Part shown: positions 29,527 through 38,225 of the stretch, in pieces
How positions within the stretch are numbered: the first letter of the stretch is position 1
Layout: each line of letters begins with the position of its first letter
Source of the DNA: an uncultured delta proteobacterium
GTDB taxonomy: Bacteria; Desulfobacterota; Binatia; Binatales; Binataceae
Direction of reading: 5' to 3'
Assembly: GCA_963808235.1 (NCBI GenBank)
Contig: CAWEEQ010000002.1
Location: 96,001-160,000, forward strand
Length of the DNA stretch: 64,000 bases
The notes under the pieces: generated by a model
The model's database searches: none
What the model was told of the DNA's origin: nothing
Seen by the model: the letters and a program-made list of their open reading frames with translations, nothing else
Program-made: the position numbers and the translations under genes

Positions 29527-31852
29527 TTTGCGGCGTGGGAGTCGAATCGGATGGAGGCTCGGGTTGCTCGCCCGACGACGGCGCCGGCATCTTGTAGCCG
29601 CATTCCTTGTTGGCGCATTGCCAGGTGGTGCCGGTTCGCTTGAGTTCCTTTTCGACCATGTACGTCGCGCCGCACGAAGGGCATGGATGCGGAACGACTT
29701 TGTTCCACGCGGCGAATTTGCATTTCGGATACCGGCCGCATCCGTAGAAGAGCTTTCCCCGCCGGCTGCGACGCTCGAGAATCTCGCCCTCTTTGCATTC
29801 CGGGCAGGCGACTCCCGTCTTCACGGGTTCGGATTGTAGGCGCTTGATTCCGTCGCAGTCCGGATATCCCGAGCATCCGAGGAACTCGCCAAAGCGCGAA
29901 CGCCGGCGCACCATCGGCTTGCCGCATTTCTCGCAAACTTCGTCGGTCGGCACCGGTGCCGACGGCGCCTTCAGCACGATATTGCCCTGCTCGTCGCGGC
30001 CGAACTCACTGGTGTTGGTGCATTTGGGGTAATTCGAGCAGGCCAGGAACTCGCCGTTGCGGCCCCATTTGATCACCATGTCGCCGCCGTCGGTCTCGCA
30101 CTTAAGCCCCGTCGGCAAGCCATTGCGCTTGACCATGGGCATCTTCTTCTTGGCCTCGGCGAGGTCTTTCTTGAAGGGACCGTAGAACCGGTTGAGCGTC
30201 TTCACCCAGTTCTCGTCGCCCTCTTCGACCTTGTCGAGGTCCTCTTCGAATTGCGCGGTGAAACCGACTTCCAGGATGTCCGGAAAGGCCTTTATCAGCA
30301 TGTCGGCCACGGTGCGCCCGAGCGAGGTCGGCCGCAGCCGTTTGCTCTCGTCTTCCTCGACGTATTCGACGCGCAGGATGCTGGTCATGATCGCGGCGTA
30401 GGTGGACGGCCGCCCGATGCCCTTTTCCTCCAGTTCCTTGATCAGCGTCGCCTGCGAGAAACGCGGCGGTGGCTGCGTGAAATGCTGCTCAGGCGCGAGA
30501 CCCTGAAGCTCAAGCTTTTCACCTTCCTCGAGCAGCGGCAGCGTGCCTTCTTCATCCTCGGAGGCCTCGTCCTGACCTTCGGTATAGACGCGCATGAAGC
30601 CGTCGAACTTCGTTACCTGGCCAGTCGCGCGAAAGACCGCGTCCGCCGAGTTGATATCGACAGTGGTACGGTCATAGACGGCCGGCGTCATCTGGCTCGA
30701 AACGAAGCGATTGTAGATGAGTGTGTAGAGCGCGAGTAAATCCTTGTCGAGATAGCGCGCGAGCGATTCGGGATCGCGCTCGACGGCGGTCGGGCGAATC
30801 GCTTCATGCGCTCCCTGCGCCTGCTTGCCCGATTTGTAAAAGTTTGCGCGCTCGGGAACGTACTCATTGCCATAGCGAGTCGCGATATGGTTGCGCACGG
30901 ATTCCAGCGCCTGGTCGGAGACGCGCGGCGAATCGGTACGCATATACGTAATCAGGCCGACCGCGCCCTCCTCGCCGAGCTCGACGCCCTCGTACAACTT
31001 CTGCGCAATCTGCATCGTGCGGCGTGGCGAGTAGTAAAGTTTGCGCGAGGCCTCCTGCTGAAGCCGCGACGTAATGAATGGCGGCGTCGGGCTGCGGCGG
31101 ACTTCCTTGCGCTCGATATTCGCGACTGCGAACGGGGCCGACTCGACGGCGGCGATTATCGCGCGAGCCTCGGCCTCGGGCAGTTTGTAAACTTTGTTAT
31201 CGATCCGATTTTCTTTGTAGCTGTATAGCCGCGCTGTGAACGGCGGTGGATTTTTGCCCGTAAGGCGTGCGTCGAGGGTCCAGTATTCTTCGGCCCGGAA
31301 CGCTTCACGCTCGCGCTCGCGCTCGACGATTATCCTGAGCGCGACCGATTGCACCCGCCCCGCGCTGATTCCGCGCTTAACCTTGTCCCACAGAAGCGGG
31401 CTTATCTTGTAGCCGACCAGCCGGTCGAGCACGCGCCGCGCCTGGTACGCGTCGAACAGGTGATGGTCGAGATTCGAGGGATTCGCGACTGCCTCGCGGA
31501 CGGCTGCCTGGGTGATTTCGTGAAGCAGAACCCGCCGAACGTTCGCCTTGGTTTTGCCGATGTGATCGGCGATATGCCACGCGATGGCCTCGCCTTCCCG
31601 GTCCGGGTCGCTCGCGAGATAGATGTTATCTTTGCCCTTCGCGGCGCTCTTGATTTCGCCGATTACCTTCTCCTTTCCTTTTATAACGACGTAATCCGGA
31701 GCAAAATCGTTGTCAACGTCCACGCCGAGCGTGCTCTTGGGCAGATCCACGACATGGCCGACCGAGGGCATGACCTGAAAGTCGCTGCCCAGGTAACGCT
31801 TGATTGTTTTCGCCTTTGCCGGCGATTCGACGATTACGAGGTTTTTTGCCAC
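29453..31852 (-). CDS. topA: DNA topoisomerase I
   Basis: LVIVESPAKAKTI, DPDREGE, SAGRVQS, ITYMRTDS, GIGRPSTY, C-terminal Zn ribbons. Confidence 0.98.
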   Translation of the reverse strand: MAKNLVIVESPAKAKTIKRYLGSDFQVMPSVGHVVDLPKSTLGVDVDNDFAPDYVVIKGKEKVIGEIKSAAKGKDNIYLASDPDREGEAIAWHIADHIGKTKANVRRVLLHEITQAAVREAVANPSNLDHHLFDAYQARRVLDRLVGYKISPLLWDKVKRGISAGRVQSVALRIIVEREREREAFRAEEYWTLDARLTGKNPPPFTARLYSYKENRIDNKVYKLPEAEARAIIAAVESAPFAVANIERKEVRRSPTPPFITSRLQQEASRKLYYSPRRTMQIAQKLYEGVELGEEGAVGLITYMRTDSPRVSDQALESVRNHIATRYGNEYVPERANFYKSGKQAQGAHEAIRPTAVERDPESLARYLDKDLLALYTLIYNRFVSSQMTPAVYDRTTVDINSADAVFRATGQVTKFDGFMRVYTEGQDEASEDEEGTLPLLEEGEKLELQGLAPEQHFTQPPPRFSQATLIKELEEKGIGRPSTYAAIMTSILRVEYVEEDESKRLRPTSLGRTVADMLIKAFPDILEVGFTAQFEEDLDKVEEGDENWVKTLNRFYGPFKKDLAEAKKKMPMVKRNGLPTGLKCETDGGDMVIKWGRNGEFLACSNYPKCTNTSEFGRDEQGNIVLKAPSAPVPTDEVCEKCGKPMVRRRSRFGEFLGCSGYPDCDGIKRLQSEPVKTGVACPECKEGEILERRSRRGKLFYGCGRYPKCKFAAWNKVVPHPCPSCGATYMVEKELKRTGTTWQCANKECGYKMPAPSSGEQPEPPSDSTPTPQNGSASAAKRPGEARAVHPRRRVVS

Positions 31853-31947
31853 CGATTAGGCGCCTCCAGTCCCGGTCATAAAGCTCTTGCAGGTTTCGTG
31901 CGAGGAGCTCTTCCTCGCCAAACGGCAAGAGTTACACCCTGCCAGAC

Positions 31948-33132
31948 TTATGCGAGTGAGAAAAGCTTGCCCGGATGCTGAGTGACTCGCCCTTCCAACT
32001 CGAGTTCGAGCAACAATCTAAGCACGGTCTGGGCATTTAGCCCGGATGCCTCGATTATCGAGTCAACGTGAAGTCTTTCAGTATCTGTTAGATAAGTTAA
32101 GAGAGTAATAGTGCTATTAGAAACTAGTTCTGAGCTATTTGCAGTCGTAAGCGAAGCTGTCTCGGTCGAAGGTTTCGTAATTTGAGTCGCCGGCGGAACA
32201 GATTGGTCAGCGACTCGATCATTGAGCCGTGCCGCATCAGCCGGCAGCCGCTTGACCATTTGGGGTGCGAGTTCTTCGATTACGTCCTCGACGCATTCGA
32301 CCAGCTTAGCACCCTCCTTCAACAGCCGATTGCTGCCCCGCGTCTTGCCGGTTAGGGGGCTGCCGGGCACGGCGAAGACTTGGCGGTCCTGCTCGAGTGC
32401 CATCCGCGCGGTAATCAGCGAGCCGCTTTTTTCAGCAGCCTCGACAATTACGACCCCCAGGCACAGGCCGGAGAGAATTCGGTTGCGGGTCGGAAAATTT
32501 TCCGCAAGCGGCTGCGTTCCGATCGGCAATTCGCTTATCAGCGCGCCGCCACCCTCGATGATCGCCTCTGCGAGTTTGCGATGCTCGGCAGGGTAGATGA
32601 CATCCACACCGCATCCGAGCACGGCCAGGGTGATTCCGTGGGCATCGAGCGCTCCCTGATGCGCCTCGCCGTCGATTCCGCGCGCAAGGCCGCTCACGAC
32701 GGTGAAGCCTTTGGCTGCGAGCTCGAGGCCGAGCCGCTGGGCCATCCGGCGGCCGATATCGCTCGCGGCGCGCGCACCGACGATCGCGATACAGTTGGGA
32801 TCGGTCAGCGAAGCGGTGCCGCGCACGAACAGGAATGGCGGAGGATCGGCTATCTGGCGCAGGTTCGGCGGGTAGTCGTCGTCAGTCCATTTGATCATTC
32901 GAGCGCCGATGTTGGGGAGCTCGCACAGTTCTTTTTCGAGGGGCTCGAAGTCGCGAAACTCGACGATGCTCCTTGCGGTGTTGCGCGGAATTCCGGCGGC
33001 GCCGATCTCTTCTGCGCCAAGCTTGAAGATCTTCTCGGGTGAGCCGAACTTGTCGATCAAAAGCCGGCAGGTTCGCGGACCGACGCCGCGAGCACGCCTG
33101 AGCGCGAGCCAGTAAACGTCTGGCGATGGCAT
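31948..33132 (-). CDS. dprA: DNA-processing protein DprA
   Basis: AIVGAR, VSGLARGIDG-x-AH, FPTRNRI, SGSLITA, VPG, C-terminal LELEL winged helix; upstream of topA. Confidence 0.96.
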   Translation of the reverse strand: MPSPDVYWLALRRARGVGPRTCRLLIDKFGSPEKIFKLGAEEIGAAGIPRNTARSIVEFRDFEPLEKELCELPNIGARMIKWTDDDYPPNLRQIADPPPFLFVRGTASLTDPNCIAIVGARAASDIGRRMAQRLGLELAAKGFTVVSGLARGIDGEAHQGALDAHGITLAVLGCGVDVIYPAEHRKLAEAIIEGGGALISELPIGTQPLAENFPTRNRILSGLCLGVVIVEAAEKSGSLITARMALEQDRQVFAVPGSPLTGKTRGSNRLLKEGAKLVECVEDVIEELAPQMVKRLPADAARLNDRVADQSVPPATQITKPSTETASLTTANSSELVSNSTITLLTYLTDTERLHVDSIIEASGLNAQTVLRLLLELELEGRVTQHPGKLFSLA

Positions 33133-33249
33133 CTAGCTACTACCGCGATAGATTCGCGGGCCCCCTTGTGGTCGAGCATAGCCGCGTGTCGCGGCACTGC
33201 TGACTTCTAGGTTGTTCTTAACGCCGTATTTTCGCAAGCCGCCTATCGC

Positions 33250-33747
33250 CTACTGCTCCAAACTGCGAATCAGGAGCTCGAGAAGTTTGCCGAACTCCTT
33301 CAGCTGCTCTGGCCTGAACACCTTTTCGAGCAGAGACTTGTGACCGCGGACGAGTTCCGGATAGAGCTTGCTAAACAGCTCGATGCCCTTGGCGCTCAGT
33401 CGAACCCGCACGCTGCGCCGGTCGTCGGACGATGGAATCCGCTTGACCAGCCCCCTGGCTTCGAGGCGATCCAAAATCCCGGTGATACCGCCCTTGGTGA
33501 TCAAGGTCCGGTCCGCTATCTCCGAACAGCTCAGGCTCGCGCCGTCGGATCTGGCGAGCGCGCTAAGCACGTCCATCTGGGCCAGGGTTAGATCGCGGGC
33601 CTGGTACGGACGCCCGGTCTGGTCAACGAAAAGAAAACCGGCCTTGATCAGCGCCCGCGCGGTGTCGATAAAAGGTTGGTCGGCAGGCTCCGTAACTTGG
33701 GCGACGATCGATTGCTGCGCGGACCCGGCGGATTGTTTCGGCGGCAT
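33250..33747 (-). CDS. MarR family transcriptional regulator
   Basis: LTLAQMDVL, ITGILDRLEARGLVKR, DDRRSVRVRLS. Confidence 0.93.
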   Translation of the reverse strand: MPPKQSAGSAQQSIVAQVTEPADQPFIDTARALIKAGFLFVDQTGRPYQARDLTLAQMDVLSALARSDGASLSCSEIADRTLITKGGITGILDRLEARGLVKRIPSSDDRRSVRVRLSAKGIELFSKLYPELVRGHKSLLEKVFRPEQLKEFGKLLELLIRSLEQ

Positions 33748-33777
33748 GGTTATCTCCCGTGACGATAATCATACCAT

Positions 33778-33798
33778 ATAATTAATCTCTAAACTAAA
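33778..33798. promoter_or_regulatory. 21-bp box copy 1 (ATAATTAATCTCTAAACTAAA), probable MarR operator
   Basis: 30 nt upstream of the marR ATG; 20/21 identical to the copy at 34346. Confidence 0.7.
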
Positions 33799-33812
33799 CT
33801 ATATACGCAGGT

Positions 33813-34313
33813 TCAAGCGCCGGAACCCTCCGACGACAGGCTCCGCTGGATCATCGGGAACAGGTCGCGCTCTTCGCCGTCGATCAAATCGTCGAGACAA
33901 ACCGCGAATGCCGTCAGCGCCGTGCCCGCTCTGACCACTTCCTCGTCCGTGCCGGTCAGGAACGAAGCCGCGCCAACAGTCTCGGCGAGATGACGCAGCC
34001 GCAAATGCTGCTCATGCGCGCGCAGAATCAAGTCAGCCGGGAAATCCCCACGCAGCTTCGCCCACGGGAGCACGACCTCCTCTTCGCTGGCAAGATGGCG
34101 CGCGATTACCAGCTTGATCGAGTTCCACGCTTCGGCCGCTTCCGCGCGCAGGATCGTATCCGAGGGCTGTCGGGCGACGACCGCGCCGGCGACCGCGGCG
34201 TCGAGCAGCAGGCGTTCACCCAGCTTTGAATCTTCATAGCTGAGCCGCGCGAGGGCAGTTTCAACCCGCGACCTGGCGGAGCCATCGATCAGGCTGGATT
34301 GTTTGGTCAGCAT
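33813..34313 (-). CDS. Hemerythrin/HHE-like domain protein with degenerate metal ligands
   Basis: HLASEEEVVLP, EQH and LIDGEERDLFP follow HHE repeat spacing. Confidence 0.75.
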   Translation of the reverse strand: MLTKQSSLIDGSARSRVETALARLSYEDSKLGERLLLDAAVAGAVVARQPSDTILRAEAAEAWNSIKLVIARHLASEEEVVLPWAKLRGDFPADLILRAHEQHLRLRHLAETVGAASFLTGTDEEVVRAGTALTAFAVCLDDLIDGEERDLFPMIQRSLSSEGSGA

Positions 34314-34345
34314 GATCGTCTACCAATGCGATAGTCATGCCACGA

Positions 34346-34366
34346 ATAATTCATCTCTAAACTAAA
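34346..34366. promoter_or_regulatory. 21-bp box copy 2 (ATAATTCATCTCTAAACTAAA)
   Basis: 32 nt upstream of the hemerythrin-like ATG; same orientation as copy 1. Confidence 0.7.
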
Positions 34367-34552
34367 GTAGATGGAGCAAGTTCGAACCCGCCCAGCGTCT
34401 CGCAATTGGCGATACGGTTCGCATATTTCGCATATGTCTAAGTCGCGAGCCTGGCGATATGCGCCCGGGGTTTTCAGCGGAGCGTTTGGTGGGGGCAGGA
34501 AATATCCTCTGGGAATCTTAAGGGCAATACCCCTTCGATGTGGCCCCATTTC

Positions 34553-34581
34553 TTGACCCTTCGAAAGGGATCGCATAAGTT
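34553..34581 (+). promoter_or_regulatory. Putative sigma70 promoter of the ferritin-like gene
   Basis: TTGACC-N17-TAAGTT, 75 nt upstream of the TTG start, which has GGAGG. Confidence 0.5.
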
Positions 34582-34656
34582 ACGCGCAAACGCATTCTCT
34601 GCTAGTATTAGCTCTCGGCTGCCGCCGTTTGGCAGACTGAACCGGAGGACGATTTA

Positions 34657-35241
34657 TTGGGCGCTACAGCAGTAACATCAATGGACTTCAGCAGAATGTC
34701 CGCGGTGGAGAAGCAGATTCTCATTTTCAGCTTTTATCGCGACGCCGAACTCAGAGGCGCCCGCTTACTTTTCAATATCATTGGTCATCTCGACGACGCT
34801 GATTCGCAGGTAAAGATGTCCAAGCATCTGTCGGACGAGACCCGTCATGCATGGCTGTGGACCAAGCGCATCGCGGACCTCGGCGGATGCCCGGTTCATA
34901 TCGACGACGGCTATCAGCGCCGGCTCGGGCTTCGCACCGGAGTGCCAAAGACGATCGTCGACCTGCTCGCGTTGACGGTGGTGGTCGAAGAGCGCGCGCA
35001 AAGCCGCTACAACGCGCACATGGCGCTCCCGAACGTGGACAAGGAAACCATGGAAGTCCTCCACGCGGTTACCGAGGACGAGACCTGGCACTTGTCGTGG
35101 ATCGAAAAGAAGATGCGCGAGATCGCCAAAGAGCAGGGCAAGGAAGATCACGCCGACCAGGCGCTCGATCGGTATCGCAAGATCGATCGCGAAGTTTACG
35201 CGACGCTGGCCGCTGACGAAGCGGAGTTGATGCGTTCATAA
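34657..35241 (+). CDS. Ferritin-like (di-iron carboxylate four-helix bundle) protein
   Basis: Complete E...DExxH...E...DExxH set: AELRG, DETRH, EERA, DETWH. Confidence 0.88.
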   Translation: MGATAVTSMDFSRMSAVEKQILIFSFYRDAELRGARLLFNIIGHLDDADSQVKMSKHLSDETRHAWLWTKRIADLGGCPVHIDDGYQRRLGLRTGVPKTIVDLLALTVVVEERAQSRYNAHMALPNVDKETMEVLHAVTEDETWHLSWIEKKMREIAKEQGKEDHADQALDRYRKIDREVYATLAADEAELMRS

Positions 35242-35262
35242 ATAACGATCAACAGATTCAGA

Positions 35263-36075
35263 TTGTCGCTTCGTAACTTCAATTACCTCAACTGCGGCGC
35301 CCTGGTGGCCGCAGTTTTTCTATTCAGCGCCGCGATCGCTCAGGCCGGATGGGTCAAAGGCGAGTTCACCTCCGGCGGCAAGCCGGTCGAAGAATATCAC
35401 TGCGCGCCGTCCGGAAGCGGACCGCATCCCGCGGTCGTCATCCTGCACGGTGCGTCGGGGCAGAAAGAAGTCGCAAACGACTCGTTCGAAAAGATGTGCG
35501 GTCAGCTCGCGGACCATGGCTACTACGCGGAATTTATCGAGTACTACAGCCAGACCGAGGCGGTTGGCCCTGAGAGTCCGCTGGAGATGCGAAAATATTT
35601 CCCGGTATGGCTGGACGAGATCCAATCGGGCATCGACGCGCTCGACAAGAATCCCGCCGTCGATCCGCATCGCGTAGCGCTGATGGGATTTTCGCTTGGC
35701 GCCTTTCTCTCCCTCTCGACAGGCGCGCTCGCTCCGGATCAGATCGCGGCAATCGTTGAGTACTACGGCGGACTTCCCCCGAGGCTCAGAAGCGGCGCCA
35801 AACAGATGCCGCCGACGCTGATTCTGCACGGCGACAAGGACGCGCTGGTCAACGTGTCACAGGCGCACGAGCTCGACGAGCTTCTGACCGCGGCAAATCG
35901 CCCGCACGAGATGCACATCTACGAGGGCGCGAATCACGCATTCAATTTCGCCGAGCTGCCGTTCTGGTACAACGCCGAAGACGCACAGGACGCATGGAAT
36001 CGGAGTCTGAAGTTCCTCGCGGCGAATCTGAAAAATCCGGATTCGAAGACCGCCGCGAGCGCGGCATCCAAATAG
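35263..36075 (+). CDS. Exported dienelactone-hydrolase-like alpha/beta hydrolase (Ser nucleophile)
   Basis: Signal peptide (AQA), LHGASG, GFSLG, HGDKD, YEGANHAF. Confidence 0.88.
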   Translation: MSLRNFNYLNCGALVAAVFLFSAAIAQAGWVKGEFTSGGKPVEEYHCAPSGSGPHPAVVILHGASGQKEVANDSFEKMCGQLADHGYYAEFIEYYSQTEAVGPESPLEMRKYFPVWLDEIQSGIDALDKNPAVDPHRVALMGFSLGAFLSLSTGALAPDQIAAIVEYYGGLPPRLRSGAKQMPPTLILHGDKDALVNVSQAHELDELLTAANRPHEMHIYEGANHAFNFAELPFWYNAEDAQDAWNRSLKFLAANLKNPDSKTAASAASK

Positions 36076-36078
36076 CTT

Positions 36079-36450
36079 TCAGCCGGCCGCGACTGCTCGC
36101 GCGACGGCTTGGGGCGATTTTTCGATCACTCGGAGAAGAATGCGCGCCGGGCGGTCTGGCAACGCTCGCCCCTGCTCCCACTCCTGCACCGTACGGACAC
36201 TGAAACCAAACCGGGCCGCGAATTCCGACTGCGACATCTCGAGCTTGCGACGAATGGCCTGTACGTCGGGAACTCGCGGAACCAGCACGCGCCGCCAATC
36301 TCTGCCGCGCGCCATATCCGGCGCGGTGTCGGCATCAGACGCGATTATCTTATCGATATCCTTGTCGGTGGCACCTTTTACGCGTGACCAGTCGACTCGG
36401 CCGCCTCCACGTTTTCGAATCTCAGCCCGGGTACGCCTTTTGGTAGTCAT
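36079..36450 (-). CDS. XRE-type HTH protein, antitoxin-like (HigA/MqsA-like C-terminus)
   Basis: IRRKLEMSQSEFAARFGFSVRTVQEWEQGR-x2-P; N-terminal DWSRV...TDKDI...DADTAP. Confidence 0.82.
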   Translation of the reverse strand: MTTKRRTRAEIRKRGGGRVDWSRVKGATDKDIDKIIASDADTAPDMARGRDWRRVLVPRVPDVQAIRRKLEMSQSEFAARFGFSVRTVQEWEQGRALPDRPARILLRVIEKSPQAVARAVAAG

Positions 36451-36515
36451 CGTGCTCTTAGCACTATACGTGATCCACGTAGGAAGGCCCAAAGGCAATC
36501 GGATCTAAGGTGAGC

Positions 36516-37415
36516 TTAAACGACTGCCGAAGCGGCGCGTTGCGCACGACTGGCTTCGAGGGCTGCGTTCAGGTCGCGGCGCATCGACTCGGCGTACGCG
36601 GCGGCGGCTTCGGCAGGTTTGCCGCCGTTTTTCAGATAGGCGTACATCAGGCTGCGACTTGCGTTCACGATGATCCCGGAACCGTCGGGGCGCGCCGATG
36701 CGGCTGCGTCCGTTGCGGTCCCGCCTTGAGTGCCGTAGCCGGGGACCAGGATCGTCGCCGCGGGCATCAGTTGTCGCGCGCGGCGTGCATGGTTTGGATA
36801 GGTCGCACCGACTACCGCGCCGACCGAGCTAAGGCCGCTTGAGCCGATGAAGTCGCCGCCCCATCCGTTCACCCGCGCTGCTACCGACTCCCAGATTGGG
36901 CGGCTAGTTCCTGAACCGTCCTGCGCGATGACGTCCTGGAATTCGCCGGACGAGGGATTCGAGGTCTTGACCAGCACAAAGACGCCGCGGCCCTCGCGAA
37001 CCTTCGCTATGAACGGCATCGCAGCGTCGCTTCCCTGATACGGGTTGATCGTCACCGCATCGCATCCAAAGTCGCCGTCGCCGAGAAATGCCTCCGCGTA
37101 TGCTGCAGATGTCGTGCCGATGTCGCCGCGCTTTGCGTCCGCGATCGTGATGAGGCCAAGCCGACGCGCGGTTTTCAGAACTTCGACGAATGCGCGCATC
37201 CCTTCGAGACCGCGCGCTTCATAAAACGCAAGCTGAGGCTTGACTGCTACGACCGAGCGCGCGCAGGCCTCGACGATTTCACAGCAGAAGCCGGCGAGCG
37301 TCTGGCCGCGTGGAACTCCGGGCGCGTCGGGAGTGTCGAGTTGAGGATCGACACCGAGGACGACGACACTATCTTTGAGGCGCGACGCGTCGGCAAGGCG
37401 ATCCGCAAAGTTCAT
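36516..37415 (-). CDS. pyrF: Orotidine-5'-phosphate decarboxylase
   Basis: GVDP, KPQLAFYE, DAKRGDIGTT, KTSNPSS, VVGATYP, PGYGTQG, NASRS; start at MNFADRL. Confidence 0.95.
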   Translation of the reverse strand: MNFADRLADASRLKDSVVVLGVDPQLDTPDAPGVPRGQTLAGFCCEIVEACARSVVAVKPQLAFYEARGLEGMRAFVEVLKTARRLGLITIADAKRGDIGTTSAAYAEAFLGDGDFGCDAVTINPYQGSDAAMPFIAKVREGRGVFVLVKTSNPSSGEFQDVIAQDGSGTSRPIWESVAARVNGWGGDFIGSSGLSSVGAVVGATYPNHARRARQLMPAATILVPGYGTQGGTATDAAASARPDGSGIIVNASRSLMYAYLKNGGKPAEAAAAYAESMRRDLNAALEASRAQRAASAVV

Positions 37416-37508
37416 CGCGACGATTATCGCATAGCGCGGCGCCGGTTTACATATGATCGTTGCGTTTTCGCATCCGCCGCGGGCATCCTTGGGATTGGAA
37501 AAATACCG

Positions 37509-38216
37509 ATGAACAATCTGACCATCATTACCAAGCTCCGATTCATTGCGGCGATTGCGCCCGCGGTCCTGTTGATTATCGCCGCGATGATAGTCGGCGC
37601 CTTCCACCTTTTCGGGACCATGCCGCGGTTGATGCACGACAACGAATATGCGGCGGCGCGCGCGGCCGAGGCGATGGAAACCGCACTTTACAAAATGGAC
37701 TGGGGGCGGATGCAGCCGGACTCGCCGCAGATCGTGATGGATCAGCAGCGTGGATTTATCGCGGAGATAGAGACGGCGCGGGTGCATATAGAGACTCGCG
37801 AGCAGGCCGAGCGGATCGAAAAGATCGCCAACGAGGCGAAGCCGCTGTTCGACGCGATGCGGACCGCGCAGCCTGGCGACGATTCGCTGGAGCCGCGCTT
37901 GCGCGATTTACAAGGGATGGTGGCGGACTTGACGAGCGCCGACGACGCGGTGCTGCTTGCGGCGGCGGCGAACGCTGAATCGCAGGCGCGGACCATGATC
38001 GCGATTACAGTCGTAGGAGCGGTGGTGATCCCGTGGATATGTTTTATCGTGATCGCACGGCTATCCGGGAGGCTATACACGGAGTTGCGCGAAATCCGCA
38101 GGCGCTTCGACGCGCTCGCGGAGCGTAGCGATCCGAATTCGGAGGATTCTCGCGTGCTCGACGAGGCGCTGACCAAGCTCGGTTTTCCGAGGCCGAATCC
38201 GATGCTGGCCGAGTAG
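37509..38216 (+). CDS. Two-TM protein with a periplasmic four-helix sensor-like domain and no output domain
   Basis: TM1, helical region (NEYAAARAAEAMETALYKMD), TM2, about 50-aa tail; start at MNNLT. Confidence 0.7.
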   Translation: MNNLTIITKLRFIAAIAPAVLLIIAAMIVGAFHLFGTMPRLMHDNEYAAARAAEAMETALYKMDWGRMQPDSPQIVMDQQRGFIAEIETARVHIETREQAERIEKIANEAKPLFDAMRTAQPGDDSLEPRLRDLQGMVADLTSADDAVLLAAAANAESQARTMIAITVVGAVVIPWICFIVIARLSGRLYTELREIRRRFDALAERSDPNSEDSRVLDEALTKLGFPRPNPMLAE

Positions 38217-38225
38217 CTTCACTCT

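Noticed and set aside
32080-32140. AT-rich patch as a dif site or replication origin
   Set aside because: No match to XerC/XerD arms and no DnaA-box cluster; it lies within the dprA coding frame.
34307-34576. Small ORFs (89 aa minus, 61 aa plus) in the hemerythrin-ferritin spacer
   Set aside because: No convincing RBS or motifs, and they overlap the predicted operator and promoter elements.
37416-37787. Long N-terminal extensions in the ORF track for pyrF, and likewise proS (46265), SBP (42887), ATPase (57716), trpS (49250), ADH (17288) and the epimerase (13778)
   Set aside because: Most overlap neighbouring real genes, and family homology begins at the downstream starts; they are not fusions.
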